Assembly: GCA_965214265.1 (NCBI GenBank)
Contig: CBDCBK010000010.1
Span: 537,369-601,368, forward strand
Length of the DNA: 64,000 nt
Origin: Acidimicrobiia bacterium
GTDB lineage: Bacteria; Actinomycetota; Acidimicrobiia; Spongiisociales; ZC4RG35
Reading direction: 5' to 3'
Shown: piece after piece, positions 18,785 to 27,683 of the stretch
Layout: each line of letters starts with the position of its first letter
Position numbering within the stretch: position 1 is the stretch's first letter
The notes under the pieces: generated by a model
What the model was told of the DNA's origin: nothing
The model's input: only the letters and a program-made list of their open reading frames with translations
Database searches by the model: none
Translations under genes and position numbers: made by a program

Positions 18785-20080
18785 TCAAGATGTTTTTTCA
18801 TTTTCGCCCACCGGAGCCACTTCCAACGTGTCTCCATCCACCGCCGCCACCCTGACCGGATCCCCGGCGCGGAGGGCCGCCGCCCGGTGGGAAGTGGCCT
18901 TCCATCTTCCCCCTCCCACCTCGACCACTCCGTCGGGGCCGAGATCGGTGATCGCGCTGCCAAGTTTTCCGATCAGCCCCTCTCTCCCCAGGCCGGGAGC
19001 GCTGAACCGAACCCGGGCCACGGTGGGCATGGCCAGCAGGAAGAAAAACGCCACTGCCGCAACAGTTAGCGCCCATCCCGGCCAACCCAAGGTGATCTGG
19101 GAGGCGCCGTCGAAGAGAAATATGCCCGAAATCGCCGTGGCTGCCATACCCGCTGTCGACAGTCCCAGCACCCCTCCCCGCTGATAGGAGAAGGCAAGCA
19201 ACCCCACTCCTCCCAGCATCAGCGCCAGGGCCCACCAGCGGAGCGGAAGAGCGGCCGGTCCGTAAGCCCCCAAGCCCAGGGAGATGGCCGCTACCACTGC
19301 TGCCACACCCGGGCCCACCGCGTAGAACTCGAAAACCGCCACCGTCAGTCCGGCCATGAGGAAGAAGAAGGCCACCTCGGGCCGGGTGGATAACCCCACC
19401 AATTGTGTCCAGAGTCCCGGACGGCGAAGCACGGTCTGGAGGACGGTTACGCCCTCGGCGCCGTCCTCGTCGAGAAAGGGACGAGTGGTGGCGAGGGCGA
19501 TCGTCTCTCCCCCGAACTCGAGGCTGGTCTTATCCAAGAGTTGGAGGAGTTGGCGCGGGGAGGCAGTCTCGGGGGAGGACAGGTCGATCAGCCCGGGGAT
19601 GGGGCCGTTGACCTCGATCACCCCGGGTCCGGCCGTATAAGCGCCCACCAGGAGAGGAGCGCCATCCGTCTCACCGACCAGGGTGGGCCGCCAGTGGCCG
19701 ATCTCCACTCCGGGGGCCGCCGCCCGGATGGCGGCCAGAGAGACCAGTTGCGCCACCCCCCCGTAGGCCACCGCCGGAGCGGGACCTACCCACACCCCCA
19801 ACGGAAGGGGCGGGTTGCGGACCACCTCCACCAAGTCTCCGAAGAGGTCGGGATCGGCCACCACTCCGGGCGAGTCGATCATCAGAATCACCAGTTCCAC
19901 TCTCCCGTCGCCTTCGTGGCCCGGCCACCTGGATCGGGCCGCGTTGTCTATGGAGTCGAGTATGAAATGAACGGTTGCGTTGTGGATGGCGCCTTCCACG
20001 GCCACCAATTCGATGGTGGTCGGCAGGGTTTTGGCAGCGGCGAAGTGCATGGGGATGAGGAAGGCCCAGGCCACCGCCAT
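18785..20080 (-). CDS. NfeD family membrane-bound ClpP-class serine protease (N-terminal protease domain, multi-TM, C-terminal OB-fold)
   Basis: TIELVAVEGAIHNATVHFILDSID (ClpP-like). A TM cluster sits at 19200-19500. C-terminus VRVAAVDGDTLEV (OB). The start is uncertain (20080, 20209 or 20260). Confidence 0.6.
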   Translation of the reverse strand: MAVAWAFLIPMHFAAAKTLPTTIELVAVEGAIHNATVHFILDSIDNAARSRWPGHEGDGRVELVILMIDSPGVVADPDLFGDLVEVVRNPPLPLGVWVGPAPAVAYGGVAQLVSLAAIRAAAPGVEIGHWRPTLVGETDGAPLLVGAYTAGPGVIEVNGPIPGLIDLSSPETASPRQLLQLLDKTSLEFGGETIALATTRPFLDEDGAEGVTVLQTVLRRPGLWTQLVGLSTRPEVAFFFLMAGLTVAVFEFYAVGPGVAAVVAAISLGLGAYGPAALPLRWWALALMLGGVGLLAFSYQRGGVLGLSTAGMAATAISGIFLFDGASQITLGWPGWALTVAAVAFFFLLAMPTVARVRFSAPGLGREGLIGKLGSAITDLGPDGVVEVGGGRWKATSHRAAALRAGDPVRVAAVDGDTLEVAPVGENEKTS

Positions 20081-20198
20081 TCCGGTCAGGAGGCGGATCG
20101 CCCACGCCGGGGTTCTGCTGCTCACGGCGGCGGGTTCTGACGTCAACCTGGAATCGAGGAGACGGGCGCCGCACCGGCTGGGTACCCTTTTATTTGAT

Positions 20199-20603
20199 AT
20201 GAACAGCATCTTTCTCGTTGCCGAAGCCCCCTGGGTTCGGAACGACGTATTGTCGGCCACCGATGATACCCGCTACGAGATAACCGTTGTCGATGACTCC
20301 CGCCAAGCGGCCGATCAGATAGCCGCCGGTGGTCCGGGGTCGGTGGCGGTGGTGGACATGCAGGTGGGAAGCATGGGTGGAATGGCGATCTGCCGAGCGA
20401 TCCGCGAGGCAAGGATGGCTCGCTCAGCTCCTCCTCTGCCGGTCATACTGCTGCTGGATCGTTCGGCAGACGCCTTCCTGGCGCGCCGGGCGGGAGCGGC
20501 GGGATGGGTCTTGAAACCCTTCACCGCCTTTCAGCTCCGCTCCGCTCTGAAGGGGGTGGGCAAACCGGTCTCTCCACAGGTGGGGTCCGAACCAGGGTCG
20601 TGA
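20199..20603 (+). CDS. stand-alone response-regulator receiver (CheY-like) domain protein
   Basis: MNSIFLVAEAP...EITVVDDS...VAVVDMQVGSMGGMAICRAIRE...VILLLDRSADAF...GAAGWVLKPF shows an acidic pocket, phospho-Asp and a K near the C-terminus. The stop overlaps the next gene's GTG (GTGA). Confidence 0.6.
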   Translation: MNSIFLVAEAPWVRNDVLSATDDTRYEITVVDDSRQAADQIAAGGPGSVAVVDMQVGSMGGMAICRAIREARMARSAPPLPVILLLDRSADAFLARRAGAAGWVLKPFTAFQLRSALKGVGKPVSPQVGSEPGS

Positions 20604-21952
20604 CCTCCTTTCAGATCGCGGCGGTGGTGGGAATTGCCCTGTGCATCGTGGCCTCGGGGTTTTTTTCCGGTTCCGAGACGGCGCTTCTGGCCCTGCCGCG
20701 CGAGCGCGTTCCGCAGTTGGCGGGGGAAGGACGGAGGGGCGAAAAAGTGGTGCTTATGGTCCGAAGCCTGGAAAGAACCCTGGCCATGTTGTTGGTGGCC
20801 AACAACTTCGTCAACATCCTGGCGGCCTCTCTGACCACCATCCTGGCGGTTGACCTCCTCTCTTTGGTGAGCAGTCGCCGGTTGGGAGAGGTGTGGGGAC
20901 CCTGGTTGGCCACCGGGGTGTTGACTTCCGTCATCCTGGTGGTAGGCGAAATCACTCCCAAGACCATCGCTGCCCGCCATCCGGAGAAGTATGCGTGGCG
21001 AGTGGCCCCCGTGTTGTGGGTGGTGTTCCGCGGGCTTGGCCCCATAGCCCGGGTCTTCTCTGCGGTGAGTACCGTCCTCCTGCGACTGATGGGAGTCCGC
21101 TCCGACCGTCTCAGCCCCGCCACCGAGGAAGATATCCGAGCCTTGGCGGTGCTCAGCGCCGAGGCGGGAGAAATCGATGTCGCCGAGCGGGAGATCATCG
21201 AGAAGCTCTTCGAGTTGGCCGACCGCCCGGTGCGGGAGGTGATGACCCCTCGGCTGGAGGTGATCTCCCTCGAGGCCCCGGTTGACTTCGAGCAGATCCG
21301 CAAAGAGGTGGCCCGGACCAGCCACTCCCGCTACCCGGTGGTGGAGGCGGGGGGTGACCTCGATGCCCTGGTGGGGATTCTCTATGTGAAGGACTGGATG
21401 CGATACGAGGATCCCACCGTCGCGGAGACGATCGCCCCCGGGAAGATGATTCGCGATCCGCTGGTGGTTCCGGAGAGCTATCCGATCTTGTCGACGGTGA
21501 TGGTCATGCGCCGCAACCGGATCAGCCTGGCGGTGGTGATCGACGAGCACGGTGGGGTGGAAGGGGTGGTTACCGCCAAGGACCTGGTTTCGGAGTTGGT
21601 GGGAGGCATTCAGGACGAGCACGATCCCGCCGCGCCTATGGCGTTTCCCACCGGGCCCGGCCGCTGGGTGGTGGAGGGTCGGCTGCCGGTGGAAGACCTG
21701 GCCGAGATGATCCCCCGTCCGCTTCCCTCCGGTCCCTATGACACGGTGGCCGGGCTCTATCTTCACCTGGCGGGCAGGATCCCTCGGCCCGACGACGCAA
21801 CCTCCGTTGACGGGGTCGGTTTTCGGGTGCTCACCATGGACCGTCTGCGCATCTCCCGCTTGGCGGTGTGGGTGGATCCCCCGCCCGATGAGGAAACAGG
21901 TCCTCTCTTGACACAGGGGAAGGGTCTGATTGGTCGGGACGGCCGGATTTGA
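20600..21952 (+). CDS. HlyC/CorC (CNNM) family transporter: DUF21 + CBS pair + CorC_HlyC domains
   Basis: FFSGSETALLAL (DUF21). EVMTPRLEV and VIDEHGGVEGVVTAKDLV (CBS). C-terminal transporter-associated domain. The GTG start overlaps the upstream stop. Confidence 0.85.
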   Translation: MTSFQIAAVVGIALCIVASGFFSGSETALLALPRERVPQLAGEGRRGEKVVLMVRSLERTLAMLLVANNFVNILAASLTTILAVDLLSLVSSRRLGEVWGPWLATGVLTSVILVVGEITPKTIAARHPEKYAWRVAPVLWVVFRGLGPIARVFSAVSTVLLRLMGVRSDRLSPATEEDIRALAVLSAEAGEIDVAEREIIEKLFELADRPVREVMTPRLEVISLEAPVDFEQIRKEVARTSHSRYPVVEAGGDLDALVGILYVKDWMRYEDPTVAETIAPGKMIRDPLVVPESYPILSTVMVMRRNRISLAVVIDEHGGVEGVVTAKDLVSELVGGIQDEHDPAAPMAFPTGPGRWVVEGRLPVEDLAEMIPRPLPSGPYDTVAGLYLHLAGRIPRPDDATSVDGVGFRVLTMDRLRISRLAVWVDPPPDEETGPLLTQGKGLIGRDGRI

Positions 21953-22007
21953 ACCGGCGACCTCAGCGTCCCGAACGCTGCGCGCTGCCAAACTGCGCCA
22001 CGTCCCG
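21931..22007 (-). tRNA. tRNA-Pro (anticodon CGG)
   Basis: The reverse complement reads CGGGACGTGGCGCAGTTTGGCAGCGCGCAGCGTTCGGGACGCTGAGGTCGCCGGTTCAAATCCGGCCGTCCCGACCA. It has a 7-bp acceptor stem (CGGGACG/CGTCCCG), a D-arm GCGC/GCGC, an anticodon stem CAGCG/CGCTG with loop TTCGGGA, a T-arm GCCGG-TTCAAAT-CCGGC, and an encoded CCA. Coordinates +-1. Confidence 0.85.
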
Positions 22008-22219
22008 CCACCGCTACATCTTATCGGCGTATGGAGCGCTTCGCCCAAGGGGTTGGCCGGGCCGGATATCATCGGAAGGCGCAAACCCACCTGAACGGGG
22101 GATCGTTTCCCCGGGGACGAACAGGGGATCAACATGGATACCGGTTGCCCTTTCTGCCAGTGTGAGATGACGGCGTTGTTGGTCCGGAACGCCGTTCCGG
22201 ATAGACCAACCCGTTCGGG

Positions 22220-23506
22220 ATGTTGCGGGTGAAGAGACCCATTCGTTCCGTCCTGGGGCTTTTCTGCCTTCTGTGCGAACGGCTCTATCAAACCGATGAA
22301 GTGGACTACGTCTGCCCCGACCACCGCGGGGCGGCCACCTTGTCGGTCGTCTATGACTACGAATACCTGGCCGGTCTGATCAGTCCCGACCAGATCGCCG
22401 CCGACCCCGACCCCTCGATCTGGCGTTACCGCCGGCTCCTTCCCGTCCGCCCGGATGCCGTTCCTCCTCCGCTCCAGGTGGGAGGCACTCCTCTCTTGCG
22501 AGGGAAGGTACTGGAAAGAGAACTGGGAGTCCGGCTGTGGGTGAAAGACGAGGGACGCCAGCCCACCGCCTCGCTCAAAGACCGGGCCTCGGCGTTGGCG
22601 GTTCTGAAGGCAAGGGAGCGGGGAGTGGGGGTCATAACCACCGCTAGCACCGGCAACGCCGGAGCGGCCCTGGCCGCCCTGTGCGCGGCCTCCGAGTTCC
22701 CCAGTGTCATTTTTGTGCCGGCCACCGCTCCTCAGCCGAAGGTGGCGCAGCTCCTCTCATTCGGCGCCACGGTGCTGCTGGTGCAAGGATCCTATCACCA
22801 GGCCTTCGACCTGTGCCTGTGGGCTTCCGACCAGTACGGCTGGTACAACCGCAACACCGGCTACAACCCCTATATGACCGAGGGAAAGAAGACCGTCTCA
22901 TATGAGATTTGGGAGCAGTTGGGGCATAGGGTCCCCGATGTGGTGGTGGTGAGCGTGGGGGATGGGTGCATCATTGGCGGTGTACACAAGGGCTTCGAGG
23001 ATCTCCGGCGACTGGGCTGGACGGATCGGGTTCCCAGGCTGATCGGCGCGCAGGCGGCGGGAAGTGCCTACATGGTTGAGGCCTGGAAACGGGGCGAGGA
23101 CTTGACCGTGAAGCCGCCGATTCGAGCGGAGACGGTGGCCGACAGCATCTCCGTGGATCTCCCCAGGGATCGATTCAAGGCGATGGCGGCGGTGACCGGG
23201 ACACATGGCGCCTTCGTGGAGGTCTCCGACACACAGATACTCATGGCGATTATCACCTTGGGACAGCGATTGGGGGTGTTCGCCGAGCCGGCGGCGGCTG
23301 CCTCTTTGGCGGGTCTGCAGGAGGCGCGGCAACAAGGGTTGGTGGAGGAAGGAGAACGGGTGGTGGTGATCATCACCGGGAACGGGCTCAAGGACGTCGA
23401 CGCCGCGATGCGGGCGGTGGCCGAGAGCGGAGAGGGCCCACTCGCGGTCGATCCCGAGATAGAAGCTCTGGCTGAAAAGCTGGGGAGCCGTTTCCTGGGG
23501 GGATAG
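22220..23506 (+). CDS. thrC: threonine synthase with N-terminal zinc-ribbon
   Basis: FCLLC...VCPDH zinc ribbon. TASLKDRAS carries the PLP lysine. STGNAGAALAA. 428 aa. Confidence 0.9.
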   Translation: MLRVKRPIRSVLGLFCLLCERLYQTDEVDYVCPDHRGAATLSVVYDYEYLAGLISPDQIAADPDPSIWRYRRLLPVRPDAVPPPLQVGGTPLLRGKVLERELGVRLWVKDEGRQPTASLKDRASALAVLKARERGVGVITTASTGNAGAALAALCAASEFPSVIFVPATAPQPKVAQLLSFGATVLLVQGSYHQAFDLCLWASDQYGWYNRNTGYNPYMTEGKKTVSYEIWEQLGHRVPDVVVVSVGDGCIIGGVHKGFEDLRRLGWTDRVPRLIGAQAAGSAYMVEAWKRGEDLTVKPPIRAETVADSISVDLPRDRFKAMAAVTGTHGAFVEVSDTQILMAIITLGQRLGVFAEPAAAASLAGLQEARQQGLVEEGERVVVIITGNGLKDVDAAMRAVAESGEGPLAVDPEIEALAEKLGSRFLGG

Positions 23507-23577
23507 ATACCAAAAAAGGCTTGGCCGCTTTTTTCGGGGGTAAGCTTGCCGAAAACTATACAAAAGGTAAAAAGGCC

Positions 23578-25041
23578 ATGATTGACCTCAACATCGTTCC
23601 CGAGGTGAGGGAACGGGCCGCCCGCCGGGCGGCCGAGTTGGACTTGGTTATCCCCACCTTCGCCCAGATGCGCTCTCCCGAGTTGGTCCCCGACTCGATC
23701 AGGGAACAGCTGACCCGGATCGGTCTGTGGGATCTGCACCCGGCCAACCTGTTCAGGGTTACCTGGCGGAACCAACCCGTCCCCCAGGGCGGGGGGTTCG
23801 GAGGGCTGAACTATCTGGAGTTTCCCCCGGAGCTGACCGGGACCGAGGCCCGGGTGGCGGCGCTGGTGGGCAAGTGGTTCCCGACCGGCGCTCACAAGGT
23901 GGGGGCCGCCTTCGGTTGCCTGGCGCCCCGGCTGGTGACCGGCCAGTTCGATCCCACCTGCCAGTTGGCGGCCTGGCCGTCCACCGGCAATTACTGTCGG
24001 GGAGGAGCGTACGACTCGCGCATTTTGTCCTGTCGGTCCATTGCCATTTTGCCCGAGGGGATGAGCCGTGAGCGATTTGACTGGCTGGACACCGTCGCCG
24101 ACGAGGTGATCGCCACTCCCGGCTCGGAGAGCAACGTCAAGGAGATCTTCGACAAATGCTGGGAACTTCGGCGCTCGGGCAGGGACATAGTCATTTTCAA
24201 CCAGTTCGACGAGTTCGGCAACTATCTGTGGCACTACTCGGTGACTGGTCCGGCCTTTGCCGAGTTGGCGGAGGAACTTATGGGTCCCGGCGACCGCCTG
24301 GCCGGGGTGGCCCTCACCACCGGTTCATCGGGGACCCTGGCGTCGGGCGACTATCTGAAGGAACAACACCCCCACAGCCGGATCGCCGCCGCCGAGGCCC
24401 TGCAGTGCCCCACCATGCTCCGGGGAGGGTTCGGGGAGCACCGCATAGAAGGGATCGGCGACAAGCACATTCCCTGGATACACAACGTCCGCAACACCGA
24501 CATGGTGGTGGCCATCGACGACGCGGCGCCCCTGGGGCTGATCCGGCTCTTCAATGAGCCGGCCGGCCGCGACTACCTGGTCTCCCAGGGTGTGTCGCCC
24601 GAGGCGACCGAGAGTCTCCATCTGTTGGGCATCTCGGGGGCGGCCAATCTGCTGTCGGCCATCAAGATGGCCAAGTGGTACGAGTTGGGGCCCCGCGACC
24701 TGGTGCTCACCATCCTTACCGACTCCATGGATCTCTATCGCAGCCGGCTGGTGGAACTCACCGCTGCCCACGGGGAGCTGACCACTGCCGATGCGGCGGG
24801 GATTTATCACCGCTACCTGCTGGGCGCCTCCACCGATCACATGGCGGAGTTGACCTATCCCGAGCGCCGGCGCATTCACAGCCTCAAATACTTCACCTGG
24901 GTGGAACAACAGGGCAAGTCCGCTTCCGAGCTCGAAGACCAGTGGTACGACCCCGAATATTGGGAGGAGATCCGCCGGGCCGGAGAGAGGATCGATCCGC
25001 TGATCGACGAGTTCAACCAGCTAGCGGCCTCCGGCGTCTGA
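23578..25041 (+). CDS. PLP-dependent fold-type-II enzyme (cysteine synthase/CBS-like beta-replacement family) with ~170-aa C-terminal extension
   Basis: GAHKVGAAFGCL (Lys) and STGNYCRGGAYDSRILSC match the S/TGNT glycine loop. No CBS pair. First gene of a 3-bp-spaced operon with the deaminases and XDH. Confidence 0.7.
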   Translation: MIDLNIVPEVRERAARRAAELDLVIPTFAQMRSPELVPDSIREQLTRIGLWDLHPANLFRVTWRNQPVPQGGGFGGLNYLEFPPELTGTEARVAALVGKWFPTGAHKVGAAFGCLAPRLVTGQFDPTCQLAAWPSTGNYCRGGAYDSRILSCRSIAILPEGMSRERFDWLDTVADEVIATPGSESNVKEIFDKCWELRRSGRDIVIFNQFDEFGNYLWHYSVTGPAFAELAEELMGPGDRLAGVALTTGSSGTLASGDYLKEQHPHSRIAAAEALQCPTMLRGGFGEHRIEGIGDKHIPWIHNVRNTDMVVAIDDAAPLGLIRLFNEPAGRDYLVSQGVSPEATESLHLLGISGAANLLSAIKMAKWYELGPRDLVLTILTDSMDLYRSRLVELTAAHGELTTADAAGIYHRYLLGASTDHMAELTYPERRRIHSLKYFTWVEQQGKSASELEDQWYDPEYWEEIRRAGERIDPLIDEFNQLAASGV

Positions 25042-25043
25042 GC

Positions 25044-25619
25044 ATGGTCTTGCCTCTCCCCCTCACCATGCGTTGGGATCTGCCCCCCTGGGCGCACGAT
25101 CTGGTGCAACCCGAGCAACGCTTTCCAACCGTTTCGGAGCGGATGGGGTTGGCTGTCGAGCTTTCTCGCCGCAACGTGGTCGAGAGGACGGGTGATCCGT
25201 TCGGGGCGGCGGTGTTCGATCTTTCCACCTTTCGTCTCCTGGCGCTGGGAGTCAACGTGGTGGTGCCGACCTCCACCGTTGCAGCCCATGGCGAGATCGT
25301 GGCTCTCTGTCTGGCCGGTGTAGCGGTGGGGAACTACGACGTGGGGGTGGGAAATGGGGATCCCGTCGAGTTGGTCACCAGTTGCGCTCCTTGCATGATG
25401 TGCCTGGGTGCGATAATGGGGTCGGGGGTGTCCAGCCTGGTGATCGCCGCCCGCTCCGATGACACCCGGTCGCTCGGATTGGGTAAGAGCAGCCGGCCTC
25501 CCGGCTGGGTGGAGGGCTTGAGGCGGCTGGGGATCGCGGTGACAGAGGATGTCCTGCGAGCCGAGGCGGTGGAGGTGCTCCGGGAATATGTGGGTGGGAG
25601 AGGGGGTATCCAGGACTGA
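25044..25619 (+). CDS. CDA-fold nucleoside/nucleobase deaminase (guanine-deaminase/TadA-like), paralog 1
   Basis: AAHGEIVALCLAG is the H(A/G)E zinc and catalytic-Glu motif. TSCAPCMMCLGA is PCxxC. ~190 aa. Confidence 0.75.
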   Translation: MVLPLPLTMRWDLPPWAHDLVQPEQRFPTVSERMGLAVELSRRNVVERTGDPFGAAVFDLSTFRLLALGVNVVVPTSTVAAHGEIVALCLAGVAVGNYDVGVGNGDPVELVTSCAPCMMCLGAIMGSGVSSLVIAARSDDTRSLGLGKSSRPPGWVEGLRRLGIAVTEDVLRAEAVEVLREYVGGRGGIQD

Positions 25620-25621
25620 GC

Positions 25622-26215
25622 ATGGTCTTGCCTCTCCCCCTCACCATGCGTTGGGATCTGCCCCCCTGGGCGCACGATCTGGTGCAACCTGAGCAAGGCT
25701 TTCCAACTGTTTCGGAGCGGATGAATTTGGCTGTCGAGCTTTCCCGCCGCAACGTGGCGGAGAGGACGGGTGGCCCGTTCGGGGCGGCGGTGTTCGATCT
25801 TTCCACCTTCCGTCCCCTGGCGCTGGGAGTGAACCTGGTGATGCCCACCGCTTCCGCCGCCGCCCATGCCGAGATCGTGGCTCTCTGTCTGGCCGGCCAA
25901 GCGTTGGGAAACTACGACCTGACTCTGGGCAACGGTGGGCCAACCGAGTTGGTTACCAGCTGCGCTCCCTGCGCGATGTGCCTGGGTGCGGTGCCCTGGT
26001 CGGGGGTGTCCAGCCTGGTGATCGCGGCCCGCGAGGAGGACGCCCGGTCGGTTGGATTCGACGAGGGCCACCGGCCCCCCGACTGGGTGGAAGGCCTGAA
26101 GCGACGGGGGATTGCGATCACCGAGGATGTGCTCCGGGCCGAGGCGGTGGGAGTGCTCAGGGACTATGTGAGGGGAGGAGGAGTCATTTACAACAGCTCC
26201 AAGACGGAGGAATAG
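25622..26215 (+). CDS. CDA-fold nucleoside/nucleobase deaminase, paralog 2 (tandem duplicate)
   Basis: AAHAEIVALCLAG and TSCAPCAMCLGA. The first ~50 codons are near-identical to paralog 1. Confidence 0.75.
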   Translation: MVLPLPLTMRWDLPPWAHDLVQPEQGFPTVSERMNLAVELSRRNVAERTGGPFGAAVFDLSTFRPLALGVNLVMPTASAAAHAEIVALCLAGQALGNYDLTLGNGGPTELVTSCAPCAMCLGAVPWSGVSSLVIAAREEDARSVGFDEGHRPPDWVEGLKRRGIAITEDVLRAEAVGVLRDYVRGGGVIYNSSKTEE

Positions 26216-26219
26216 CAGC

Positions 26220-27683
26220 TTGCATGAGGTTCAGCGCCGGGCGGACCTGACAGACCGCTATGAGTCACCTTCCACCGCGGAGGAGGCTCTGGCGATCCTG
26301 GCCCGCCACCGGGAGCGAGCCCGACTGATAGCCGGAGGGACCGACTTGGTGCTGGAGATGCGCCGCGGCGTGCGCACAGGGGTTGAGATGCTGGTGGACA
26401 TCTCCCGGGTAGGAGGCCTCGACCGGATCGAACAGGACTCCGAGGGGGTCATACACTTGGGACCATTGGTGACCCATGCCGATGTCGTCGCCTCCGACCT
26501 GGCATGGAACCGGGGGCTTCCCCTGGCGCAGGCGTCGCTGGAAGTGGGCGCCCCTCCCCTCCAGGCCCGCTCCACGGTAGTGGGCAACCTGGTCACCGCC
26601 AGCCCGGCCAATGACACCATCTCCGCCCTCACCGCTCTGGACGCCTGGCTGACCATTCGCTCCGAGAGAGGCGAGCGCCGGGAGTCCCTGGCCGACTTCT
26701 ATCTCGGATTCCGTCGCACGACCCTCGCTTCGGACGAGATGGTGACCGGCGTGAGCTTCCCGGGCCTGGCCGACGGCCAATCCAGTGTGTTTGTCAAGCT
26801 AGGACTGCGGATGGCGCAGGCCATCTCGGTGGTGCATATGGCTTTGTTTCTCGAACGTGACGCTGAGGGTGTGACCAGCCAGGTTCGTATTGCCCTGGGG
26901 AGTGTGGCGCCGGTGATCGTCCGGTCGCCCGGGGCCGAGGAGGCGCTATTGGGCCGGGAGCTGGACGAGACGACCATCGCCGCCGCTGCGCGGGCGGCAG
27001 CTGAGGGAATAAGTCCCATCGATGACCTGCGAGGAACGGCGGACTACCGACGGTGGACAACCGAGGTGATGGTCCGCCGGGCTCTGACCGCCCTGGCAAA
27101 CGGCGAGGAACGGCGGACGGTTCCCCACCGGGCAGTCCATTTCGGAGCTTCCCGTCAGCCGACCTTGGCCGAGGCGCATTCCCACCGAGAGGGTGACCCG
27201 ATTGAGGCGGTGGTCAACGGGGCGCCGGTCATCACCCGGAGCGGCGCCGATCTGACCCTCCTCGATTGGCTTCGGGATGTGGCCGGCCCGGCGGCCGGTT
27301 CGCCTCTGACCGGAACCAAGGAGGGATGCGCGGAAGGAGAGTGCGGGGCGTGTCTGGTGTTTCTGGACTCCGAGGCGGCCCTCTCGTGTCTGACTCCCGC
27401 CCCCCGCGCCCACCGGGCGGTGATCGTCACCGTGGAGGGGCTGGCCGACGGCGGGCTCAATCCGGTTCAAGCCGCTTTCTGTGAAACGGGGGCTGTCCAG
27501 TGCGGCTACTGCACCCCTGGCTTTCTCATGTCGGCCACCAAGCTCCTGGAGAAGATCTCGGATCCCACTACCGAGGAGATCAGAACCGCCCTGTCCGGCA
27601 ACCTGTGCCGCTGCACCGGTTACTACCCGATCATCGAGGCGGTCTCATTAGCAGGCGGACCGGCCTCCGGAGCGCCCCGGTGA
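26220..27683 (+). CDS. xanthine dehydrogenase family: FAD-binding subunit fused to [2Fe-2S] subunit (CoxM+CoxS-like)
   Basis: The N-terminus has the FAD-binding PCMH and CO-dehydrogenase flavoprotein C-domain. The C-terminus has GCAEGECGACLV...CGYCTPGF...CRCTGY, the two 2Fe-2S clusters. Confidence 0.85.
   Translation: MHEVQRRADLTDRYESPSTAEEALAILARHRERARLIAGGTDLVLEMRRGVRTGVEMLVDISRVGGLDRIEQDSEGVIHLGPLVTHADVVASDLAWNRGLPLAQASLEVGAPPLQARSTVVGNLVTASPANDTISALTALDAWLTIRSERGERRESLADFYLGFRRTTLASDEMVTGVSFPGLADGQSSVFVKLGLRMAQAISVVHMALFLERDAEGVTSQVRIALGSVAPVIVRSPGAEEALLGRELDETTIAAAARAAAEGISPIDDLRGTADYRRWTTEVMVRRALTALANGEERRTVPHRAVHFGASRQPTLAEAHSHREGDPIEAVVNGAPVITRSGADLTLLDWLRDVAGPAAGSPLTGTKEGCAEGECGACLVFLDSEAALSCLTPAPRAHRAVIVTVEGLADGGLNPVQAAFCETGAVQCGYCTPGFLMSATKLLEKISDPTTEEIRTALSGNLCRCTGYYPIIEAVSLAGGPASGAPR

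Noticed and set aside
20531-22324. 597-aa minus-strand ORF antisense to the CorC transporter and tRNA-Pro
   Set aside because: The translation is His/Arg/Gly-rich junk. The plus strand carries a clearly recognisable CBS/CorC protein and a tRNA. This is a classic high-GC antisense ORF.
23068-24234. 388-aa minus-strand ORF spanning thrC/PLP-enzyme genes
   Set aside because: Antisense shadow ORF across two well-supported genes.
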